IMG/VR virus record: IMGVR_UViG_3300021387_000688 | Length of the DNA stretch: 64,000 bases | Strand: one strand, 5' to 3' | From: a virus | Lineage: Duplodnaviria; Caudoviricetes | Shown here: in pieces, positions 56,885 through 64,000 of the stretch | Layout: the number at the start of each line of letters is the position of its first letter | How positions within the stretch are numbered: the stretch's first letter is position 1 | Position numbers and translations under genes: made by a program | Notes under the pieces: model-generated | Told to the model about the DNA's origin: nothing | What the model saw: only the letters and a program-made list of their open reading frames with translations | Database searches by the model: none

Positions 56885-57744
56885 TATTGGCCTCCTGCTA
56901 CAGAGTTTGGAGGAATAGTAGATTGGTCTTCTATCCAAGTACTTGGCATCAACTCATGGATTCTGGTATCTGTAAAGTATACTTTCAAAGCATTATTGAT
57001 TTTTAAGTTAAATGATTGATTGTTTTCATGTACTTCGTGTAAATACTTAACAGCTTCGTCATGCGCGAATTCCAAAGAATCTACAATGGTCTTTTTGAAC
57101 AAATCTTTCCTGTCATCCAAACTTGCTAATATTGCTTCTGAAGAGAAAGAAACTTTGTTTCCTTCAGAAGATACTGTAGCTAATAAACTTTGCAACTCTT
57201 GCCTTACTTTAGGGTAAGAAGTAGATATGAAAGGACGGTTTTGTTCAATCACAGCGTCCTTTGTTTTTTCAGCTAACCTATCTTGTACGCATATATGTCT
57301 TAAACCTGATAATACAATTTTCTCCAAACAATATTTAACTAATACTCTAACAATGGAAGCTTCCCCGTGGCATTTTTCCTGATAAGATTCCAATATGAAA
57401 GTTAACAACATATCGAAGTTATCTTTTATCTGAGACATTTGCGCATCAAACAACTGCTGTCTTTTTTCACTATTAGAATAACCTGCTTGAATAGAAAAGT
57501 TTACAACTTGGTTTATAGTAGAAAAGAATTTCGTTACATTAGCTGCATCATCGTCATTATTATTAGAAGGAATAGCATCCTTAGGGGGCTTATCCTCTCC
57601 AAAATCCACAGGCCCTATTTTCTTTGCGCGTTTGGCTAATATGATAATTCCCACCACTAACGTTACGACTAGTATACCTAAGAATGCTACTAGGGTTGCA
57701 ACAAGGACTGGGTGGTTAAGTAATTCTGTTAAAAATGAGTCCAT
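56884..57744 (-). CDS. Single-TM membrane protein with large helical domain
   Basis: N-terminal TM followed by KRAKK; ACTAATTA at 57765-57772. Confidence 0.8.
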   Translation of the reverse strand: MDSFLTELLNHPVLVATLVAFLGILVVTLVVGIIILAKRAKKIGPVDFGEDKPPKDAIPSNNNDDDAANVTKFFSTINQVVNFSIQAGYSNSEKRQQLFDAQMSQIKDNFDMLLTFILESYQEKCHGEASIVRVLVKYCLEKIVLSGLRHICVQDRLAEKTKDAVIEQNRPFISTSYPKVRQELQSLLATVSSEGNKVSFSSEAILASLDDRKDLFKKTIVDSLEFAHDEAVKYLHEVHENNQSFNLKINNALKVYFTDTRIHELMPSTWIEDQSTIPPNSVAGGQ

Positions 57745-57850
57745 CTAAACGTTCCCCATGTCTTTAATTAGTTAATTCAAAAATATTACAAAGTTTCGAG
57801 TTTAATATTTTTTCTATTGGGTCTAATTATATTTCAGAGACGTACTAGGA

Positions 57851-58465
57851 ATGGGTAGAATAAATAAGATTGAGAATATCATATCCTACAGCATATTACT
57901 ATTTGGCGTTATGGCAAACTTATTGGGTTTCGTAACTTGTTTTAATCATTTCGATCCTACTAATATTGACCACATTGCCAATATGCTATTCTCGGGTTCA
58001 AGTTTTATAATAGTATTATTATTTACTATTTTAGCATTCCTCATCCCTTCTAAAATTACCACATTCACTTATTTCATGATTTTATTTACAGCCTTCACTT
58101 CTTTCCCAACAATATTGTTTACCAGTAAAGGATTAGCATTCATCCCTTACTTAGGAATACAAGGAGTGTTATTTGGAATCACTTCAAAAGGGAAAACTAG
58201 AAATCTAATCATAGGTGTTTTACCTTTAATATTAGATATTGTTTTAATGTATCTTAAAGTTAGGATGGAAATAAACTTAGGGGATGATGGGCAGTTGAAA
58301 AGCCATTTACTTACATTGTCGATGGGAATTTCTACAAGTTATTTATTCAACTTATTTGTAACCTTTGTTTCCATGAAAGGTATTTACACTGCGGACAAAG
58401 ATAAGTACTTAAATATTTCAAAATCTCTTCCGGGCTTCAAGAGCCCTTTGGAAGATAAGAGTTAA
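57851..58465 (+). CDS. Polytopic membrane protein (about 6 TM)
   Basis: Almost wholly hydrophobic helices. Confidence 0.75.
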   Translation: MGRINKIENIISYSILLFGVMANLLGFVTCFNHFDPTNIDHIANMLFSGSSFIIVLLFTILAFLIPSKITTFTYFMILFTAFTSFPTILFTSKGLAFIPYLGIQGVLFGITSKGKTRNLIIGVLPLILDIVLMYLKVRMEINLGDDGQLKSHLLTLSMGISTSYLFNLFVTFVSMKGIYTADKDKYLNISKSLPGFKSPLEDKS

Positions 58466-59106
58466 ACCATATCAAAAAGAAATCCTTCATTGGCGGCCTG
58501 ATTCAAAACCTGTTGCATTGCATCTGGTGCATTAGGATCAACGTTGCAAATATTAAACATTGTTACTGCATTTCTATCATCCTGACATAACTGCATAATC
58601 TGCTGGCCGAGAGTATTCCAATATGCAGGGGTTTGACCTTTAATATCAGCTTCCGCAAAAAGTAATTTATTTTCAGAGTTACACATTTCTGAAGTTTTCT
58701 TACCAGTAAACAATTTGATAAGTTCAGAAAATCGTTTAGGGTCTGTAACCTTTACCAACTTTTTATAAGAGGTTGGAGCGGCTTTAGTATTCTTTCTAGC
58801 TTTCTTCCACTCCATAAATTCTTTCCATTCATTATTCTGTGCAGATAAGTAAGCTTCTAAATCCTCTGGATGAGTTGCATAGAAATGAGTTTTCTCTTTA
58901 TCATAAACAAGGTTGCCTTTCTTATCCAATGCAGTGAAATAAATTTTAGGCTTACAATCTTCCTTCACTGGCTCTGTAGGCTTATGATAAAGAGAATCAA
59001 TGAATCCCATAATTTCAGGACCGACTTCCTGTTCTTCGAATTTGCTTCTTATATAAGAAAAAGCTTCATTATAACCTTTCTCAAAATCTGTTTCTTCTTT
59101 CTTCAT
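58462..59106 (-). CDS. Hypothetical protein
   Basis: GAGG RBS. Confidence 0.8.
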   Translation of the reverse strand: MKKEETDFEKGYNEAFSYIRSKFEEQEVGPEIMGFIDSLYHKPTEPVKEDCKPKIYFTALDKKGNLVYDKEKTHFYATHPEDLEAYLSAQNNEWKEFMEWKKARKNTKAAPTSYKKLVKVTDPKRFSELIKLFTGKKTSEMCNSENKLLFAEADIKGQTPAYWNTLGQQIMQLCQDDRNAVTMFNICNVDPNAPDAMQQVLNQAANEGFLFDMV

Positions 59107-59107
59107 T

Positions 59108-59497
59108 TTATTCCTCGTTAGTACTATTGGCGTTACGAATTATTTCTGCATCATCTACGATTTTCAATTTCCAATCTTTTCGCTGAGCCATCTTTTTGTA
59201 AATATCCTTTTTGTTTTTCTTATAAAGATATTTAAAAGTTTTATATGCAGCTTTGGTGCAAGTAATTGTTACAGCATCTATTTCAGAAGAACCAAACTCG
59301 CAAGGAGCCTTGAATCGATCTGAATAAAATACTACCAAACCTACATACTTACGATAAGTAGGTAGGTATTTAAAATGAGGATAGTTAATAAACAAATCCT
59401 CCAGTGATGTGTATTTACCTTTAGTAATTGCTATTACTATTTCATTCAAAGGTGCAGTAGGTTTTGAAAACTTTGTAGCCCATTTTGCTAATGCCAT
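59108..59497 (-). CDS. Hypothetical basic protein
   Basis: AAGGAG RBS. Confidence 0.8.
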   Translation of the reverse strand: MALAKWATKFSKPTAPLNEIVIAITKGKYTSLEDLFINYPHFKYLPTYRKYVGLVVFYSDRFKAPCEFGSSEIDAVTITCTKAAYKTFKYLYKKNKKDIYKKMAQRKDWKLKIVDDAEIIRNANSTNEE

Positions 59498-59509
59498 ATA
59501 TTCTCCTTT

Positions 59510-60226
59510 TTATTTTACGTTACGGAAAGAAATCTTTTTATCGAATCCATGGTTTACAGCCTTGTCAACATCTGTTAAACCCTCACTCTCTTGGTCGACG
59601 TCATTGTGTTGAGCAATAAGCCATTCCTCAATTGCATAATAAGCGTCCCAAGCAGGTACATATTTTGGAATCCAAGTATTTTTAAGGATAGGTACTTTGT
59701 AAGGACCGCCCCCGAAAACATCCTTAAACTTCCAGTTTGCAATGTTACCTGTTTTGTACTCATTGAGGATAAATTCCTCATTCTTTTTAGAGGCGTTATA
59801 ATTTTTCCAATCTTTCCAAGTATTCAATTTCCAATTGTCAAACTCAAAAAGATTTGTTTTGATATAAACAAACTCAATAGGATTTTGATGAGTTACATTA
59901 TATTCTTTACGAGTTGCTATCAACTCTGCATTCCAATCGAATCCTGGTTTCAAAAAGGTGCCCATTACGTTACGTGTCCATCGATTTGGATCTGCCCAGA
60001 TTTTGAAAATGTAAAGATTGAATCCAATCCAAACTCCTACAACGGCCCCTTGAGGACAACCATCTGTAAGACTAGATACAAAGTTCTCAATACCTCTCCC
60101 ATTGTAATTTTGGCCCTGCTCAATCATGTCCATGTCACGTCGGTCAAAAGTAATGTCGTCTCCGTCGTAACCATCTTTATATCCTATGTAATCGTAATAG
60201 TCTTTCTCTTTGCATAAAATACGCAT
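59510..60226 (-). CDS. Conserved phage protein
   Basis: Start moved to MRILCK; KDYYD...DVDKAVNHGFDKKISFR. Confidence 0.8.
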   Translation of the reverse strand: MRILCKEKDYYDYIGYKDGYDGDDITFDRRDMDMIEQGQNYNGRGIENFVSSLTDGCPQGAVVGVWIGFNLYIFKIWADPNRWTRNVMGTFLKPGFDWNAELIATRKEYNVTHQNPIEFVYIKTNLFEFDNWKLNTWKDWKNYNASKKNEEFILNEYKTGNIANWKFKDVFGGGPYKVPILKNTWIPKYVPAWDAYYAIEEWLIAQHNDVDQESEGLTDVDKAVNHGFDKKISFRNVK

Positions 60227-60244
60227 AATTGTAACCTCTCTAAT

Positions 60245-60279
60245 AATATAGAAAATATTGGAATACAATTTTGCCAAAA
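60245..60279 (-). promoter_or_regulatory. Early-type promoter
   Basis: TTTTGGCAA-N20-TATATT. Confidence 0.8.
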
Positions 60280-60281
60280 AG

Positions 60282-60307
60282 AAAGCCCCTTATGATAAGG
60301 GGCTTTT
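60282..60307. terminator. Intrinsic terminator
   Basis: AAAGCCCCTTA-TGA-TAAGGGGCTTTT. Confidence 0.85.
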
Positions 60308-60309
60308 AA

Positions 60310-60624
60310 TTACTCCTGTTCTGTAGGTGCAGCTGGAGGAATCATTGTCAAGAAGCTTCCATCCTCAGGTGCTTCATAATTCCATCCCTCATCGTACATT
60401 TCGTGAACCATCTTTTCAAAGATTTCTTTTCTCTCTTTAGAGAAATTAGATTCTGGATAGTAGATAGTAACGCACTTAGTAGCATCAGGGTTTTTCAAAG
60501 AAGGAAGATCGATTGGCATGTTTACCATTTCTTCTTTCAACTGTTCCATTGAAGGTCCGTTATCTGCGATCCTACCTTCAAGCTCTCCAGGTTTAACTTC
60601 TGTCCATTCAATTGCAATTCTCAT
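60310..60624 (-). CDS. Hypothetical protein
   Basis: AGGAG RBS. Confidence 0.75.
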   Translation of the reverse strand: MRIAIEWTEVKPGELEGRIADNGPSMEQLKEEMVNMPIDLPSLKNPDATKCVTIYYPESNFSKERKEIFEKMVHEMYDEGWNYEAPEDGSFLTMIPPAAPTEQE

Positions 60625-60661
60625 AAGAATGAACTCCTAATAAAAATAAGATAATAGAGGG

Positions 60662-61279
60662 TTAACAACCCATATTCTTTAAAACCTCTAAAGGTTTCTT
60701 AGTTTTCTTCATGTAACAATCTGCACATAAACAAGAATATTGTCCATGGTCAATTACAGATTTCTTTCCGTTAAAGTCTCCTGTATCTCCGCTGTAATAA
60801 GAATACTGCGCAGGTTTACCACACTTCATGCAAATGGCTACGTCCTTTTCGATAGCATCCATAAATGGAAGAATTTCAATACTTGTAGGAAATAATTCTG
60901 CTGACCAAGAATATATAATACCTGCAAATACTAAAGGAATCTTTGAATACTTTGAAGCGTTATAATCATAAAAGAATTGGCGCTTAAAAGGAATCATAAA
61001 GAATTCGTCTATAAAAATACATTCTGGATCAACCCAATTATCCTTCAAAAGTGAAAAAATCTCTTCTGGTTTTTCAATTTGAAAAGAATGTACATAAGGA
61101 GATTCCTTCAATTCTTTCATTCGTAAGGAAGTAGTACTTTCGTGACTGCCTCCCCTATCATCCATTTTAGGTTCGAACCAGGCAATATGTTTTTTGGCCA
61201 AAACATATTTTTCAAGTTTACCTACTAACTTTGTAGTTTTACCTGAAAACATTGGGCCTGTAATAAGAGTACAATACAT
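60662..61279 (-). CDS. tdk: Thymidine kinase (type II), divergent
   Basis: GPMFSGKTT, P..DDR, IFIDE, AICMKCG...Y..LCADC. Confidence 0.85.
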   Translation of the reverse strand: MYCTLITGPMFSGKTTKLVGKLEKYVLAKKHIAWFEPKMDDRGGSHESTTSLRMKELKESPYVHSFQIEKPEEIFSLLKDNWVDPECIFIDEFFMIPFKRQFFYDYNASKYSKIPLVFAGIIYSWSAELFPTSIEILPFMDAIEKDVAICMKCGKPAQYSYYSGDTGDFNGKKSVIDHGQYSCLCADCYMKKTKKPLEVLKNMGC

Positions 61280-61282
61280 TAA

Positions 61283-61846
61283 TTATTCCTCCACTTTTAT
61301 ATCAGGGAAAGGACCGTACAATTCAAATATAACCATATCAGGCCTTAATTGAAAGTTTCTAACTTCGTATTGCATTTTATGAGCGAGGCAATCTACAAAC
61401 ATCTTAACTTGATATTCGTGGCAATGCATACCCCAGTTAGTTTTCATATTGATAGGTATCCTGTTTAGCTTAATTTCTTCTGGAGCAGAAACAGCAATAT
61501 CCTTTCCTTTTGGCTTTGATAAATTATAGGCATTGGATACGATGTCTGCAATAGAATTCGCCATATCCGTTGCATCTAAAGGTTTAGGGGCTTTCTTAGC
61601 TTTAGAAACAGCGGCATCTTTTCTAGCAAGTCTTTTAGAAGCTGCTTCTGCTATAGTCTCCTCTTCTTTTTTATCTTCTACCTCTTCTACCTTTTTGGTA
61701 GATTTTTTTAACGTAGTGTCCTTTTTGGTAGTTGTCTTTTTTGTTTTTGTTGCAGTAGGTTTCTTCGAACCAGTTCCAGTAACCTTCTTCTCTTTCTCTG
61801 AAGGCTTTTTGGACTTCGAGGTAGTTGACTTTTTTGTGACAGCCAT
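61283..61846 (-). CDS. Protein with Lys/Thr-rich low-complexity N-terminus
   Basis: KKSTTSKSKK...TKKTTTKK; AAGGAG RBS. Confidence 0.75.
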   Translation of the reverse strand: MAVTKKSTTSKSKKPSEKEKKVTGTGSKKPTATKTKKTTTKKDTTLKKSTKKVEEVEDKKEEETIAEAASKRLARKDAAVSKAKKAPKPLDATDMANSIADIVSNAYNLSKPKGKDIAVSAPEEIKLNRIPINMKTNWGMHCHEYQVKMFVDCLAHKMQYEVRNFQLRPDMVIFELYGPFPDIKVEE

Positions 61847-62267
61847 TTATTAAATCTCCTTTAATTTGAGTAGGATTTCTTATTTCCTTATGTACCCGGT
61901 TTAATGATTCTTCCGGTTGATCCCAACCCATTAATAAATCATCTACTTTAACAGCCAATACGTCATTTACCTTATCGTAGGTTTCTTTATTCCAAACGCA
62001 TTTTATTTTTCTGGCAGGAATTAAATCACATTCTACTTTATAGAATGGTATATAAAGCGGATTAGTTTTTTGTTTATAATTCCTAATGAGTTTACCAATT
62101 TTAGAATCAGCGGAATGTTCTAAATCTAATATGTAATCTTTCAAAGGGAGTGGATAACTTTTATATCCATCTCCTTTGAAATACATAATGGCGTCCCATA
62201 ATTCTCTGTTTTTGATTTTATGGATAATTGCGTAAATTCTATTAGGAATCCATTTTCGTAATTTCAT
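61671..62267 (-). CDS. Hypothetical protein, leaderless
   Basis: TATAAT-N6-ATG; 3' end overlaps next gene by 176 nt. Confidence 0.65.
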   Translation of the reverse strand: MKLRKWIPNRIYAIIHKIKNRELWDAIMYFKGDGYKSYPLPLKDYILDLEHSADSKIGKLIRNYKQKTNPLYIPFYKVECDLIPARKIKCVWNKETYDKVNDVLAVKVDDLLMGWDQPEESLNRVHKEIRNPTQIKGDLINGCHKKVNYLEVQKAFREREEGYWNWFEETYCNKNKKDNYQKGHYVKKIYQKGRRGRR

Positions 62268-62286
62268 ATTGGTATTATAGAAAAGA

Positions 62287-63042
62287 TTACATCCAAACGT
62301 CCATTTTTTGGAAACATCTGTTAACAGGTTCGTAGGATTCCCCGGCTTTACTACCGTACATATCTATAGGGTATACACCATTACGTAATTGGTTTCTTCC
62401 CCATCTTCCAATATTATGGAACATTGTAACACCCACATTATAAGCTATGTACGCGTCCCTCATTTTAGTAAACTCAGAAGTTCTGGTTATATAACCATAG
62501 TATTTATCATAATGTGTTAATATTCTATTATAATACCAGAAACCTACTTCGAGATTCAATGCAGGGTCTAACATATCTTCTATAGTGTAAGTCGTACTAT
62601 GTACTTCATTATACTCTCTTAAACAAACGGGAGTAACTTGAGTTACACCCCAAGCATCCCCTGTTTTATTATGGGCATTGATTTTAAAATCAGATTCTAC
62701 ATGGCATATAGAAAAACCTTCTGATATTTTTAGATTGTTTCGAATTGCGGCACTTATGATTTCATCTACTAACCAATCAACTGTTTCTGCGTTGTATGAT
62801 CCCCAAGATGCTTTTGTAGCTTCGTTAATCTTGTCTGCATAATTTACATTAACTACTAAAGGGGTATTGAATGTTATTTCATCGTTTGCAATAATTACTA
62901 AAGAATTTTCAATATTTATTTTTGGTTCAGGTGTTGATACTTTTCTAATTGCTGCGTCTACTCCAAATACTATAAATCCTAAGAACAAACAAATACCCAA
63001 TACGTAAAGTAACTTTTTTAATAATTGTTCTTCTTTTTTCAT
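62287..63042 (-). CDS. Membrane-anchored lytic transglycosylase (SLT domain)
   Basis: N-terminal TM; HVESDF, AWGVTQV, LDPALNL.VG.WY, AYNVG. Confidence 0.85.
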   Translation of the reverse strand: MKKEEQLLKKLLYVLGICLFLGFIVFGVDAAIRKVSTPEPKINIENSLVIIANDEITFNTPLVVNVNYADKINEATKASWGSYNAETVDWLVDEIISAAIRNNLKISEGFSICHVESDFKINAHNKTGDAWGVTQVTPVCLREYNEVHSTTYTIEDMLDPALNLEVGFWYYNRILTHYDKYYGYITRTSEFTKMRDAYIAYNVGVTMFHNIGRWGRNQLRNGVYPIDMYGSKAGESYEPVNRCFQKMDVWM

Positions 63043-63096
63043 GTCTGTAAATAAATTACTTGCGCAAAATATTCTCCTTTATTAAATACTTTCTAT

Positions 63097-63507
63097 TTAA
63101 TTAGTTTTTGGTGCAGATTCTTCTAACTTCTGTTTACCTGCTTTCTTTGCTGCAGGAGTGGGTATATAAGTAAGACATTGCAAAAACTTTACAAATTCCC
63201 CTACACTTGTTTCTACAATTTCTGGGTCTCCCGGCATTGCTACTTTTACAGTATTCTTAGAGTTGTATTTAATGAAACGATAAGTCTGTCCATGAGTCTT
63301 ATCCACTACATGCAATACATGCCTTATGTCGTCCCTGTTTCCAGAAGTTACTACATTACTTGTATGCAAGAATGCAAAATTACCTGACAATGCTTCTTCA
63401 TCTACTTCTGTTATTCCGTTAAAAATCTTCATATGTTTTCCTCCTACTTTCCAACTACGAAATCGATCTTTAAAATATCTACTTGTTATTAATGGTACTT
63501 TCTTCAT
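63097..63507 (-). CDS. Hypothetical protein
   Basis: AGGAG RBS. Confidence 0.75.
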   Translation of the reverse strand: MKKVPLITSRYFKDRFRSWKVGGKHMKIFNGITEVDEEALSGNFAFLHTSNVVTSGNRDDIRHVLHVVDKTHGQTYRFIKYNSKNTVKVAMPGDPEIVETSVGEFVKFLQCLTYIPTPAAKKAGKQKLEESAPKTN

Positions 63508-63979
63508 TTGTATCTCCTACGTCTTCGTACCAATCTGCTGCTTTGTTTACATAATAGGCAACCTTTCTCAAATCCTGGATTGCCTTCTCTCCTTTTGTTT
63601 TGGCTTTTTCATCCCCAAACTTTCTACCACAACGAAGTACATATTTTAATGCGTCTCCCATTGCCCAAGAAGCCCTAGGATTCAAATTCAAATATTCAAG
63701 GATTGAAGTAATAATTTCCCAAGCCTCTAATTCTACTACATTTCCATTTCTATCTTTCAAAGGAATGTTTTGATAATGAGGGGCCTTCTGTACAATCTCT
63801 CCTCCATCATTTTTTGTATAAGGTCTAACATCTGCGCCCGTTGAAATTTCGGCCTTCAAATCTGTAAAAGGATTTCCACCTTTATCTATACAATCTTTTA
63901 CCTGTTGCAAAGTTTTCTCATAAGAGAGTTCTTTTACTTTCTTTCTTTTTTCTTCTGCCATTGCCTTTGATTCCTCCAT
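63479..63979 (-). CDS. DUF3310 (T7 gp1.7-like) protein; may start beyond the window
   Basis: PHY...EAWEII...GDALKYVLRCGRK...QDLRKVAYY; frame open to window end. Confidence 0.8.
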   Translation of the reverse strand: MEESKAMAEEKRKKVKELSYEKTLQQVKDCIDKGGNPFTDLKAEISTGADVRPYTKNDGGEIVQKAPHYQNIPLKDRNGNVVELEAWEIITSILEYLNLNPRASWAMGDALKYVLRCGRKFGDEKAKTKGEKAIQDLRKVAYYVNKAADWYEDVGDTNEESTINNK

Positions 63980-64000
63980 CGAGCAGGGTTCAAATCTTTT

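Noticed and set aside
40255-63042. Host assignment from lipoprotein, signal peptides and promoter style
   Set aside because: Not diagnostic; the host cannot be named from this window.
1-64000. Stop-codon reassignment (TAG or TGA) as in some gut jumbo phages
   Set aside because: Code 11 gives near-complete coding density; TAG ends genes directly before terminators or new starts (164, 29058, 39110) and TGA occurs in ATGA couplings.
1-64000. CRISPR array, tRNA genes, reverse transcriptase/DGR, transposase, integrase
   Set aside because: No regularly spaced nucleotide repeats, cloverleaves or catalytic motifs seen; intergenic gaps are short and explained by promoters and terminators.

Overview
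AT-rich, gene-dense segment of a large (jumbo-type) tailed bacteriophage genome using the standard genetic code. No tRNA, rRNA, CRISPR array or transposase was recognised. Two interleaved gene classes are visible. (1) Long minus-strand arrays of mostly small hypothetical genes, plus CCA-adding enzyme, PNK-like kinase, a truncated NAD-dependent ligase, NADAR, thymidine kinase, an AEP-like protein, SLT and DUF3310. These follow a recurring non-canonical promoter, TTTTnGnAA-N20-TATAWT, and are often leaderless. (2) Acidic, modular proteins behind a T4-late-like ACTAWWTW motif. They start with M-[RK]-x-[LI]-[KQN]-E and carry repeated basic linkers (ESKKxxKKxIKE, ESKxLKE) that match T4-type prohead-protease sites. 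The main candidate system is a family of capsid-packaged polyproteins cut into many small injected effectors, including three ADP-ribosyltransferase-like domains and a cryptic signal peptide, with near-identical linker DNA that could allow module shuffling. Family assignments come from motif recognition by eye, not from database searches. Several start codons were moved from the ORF track to the ATG with the better RBS or promoter.
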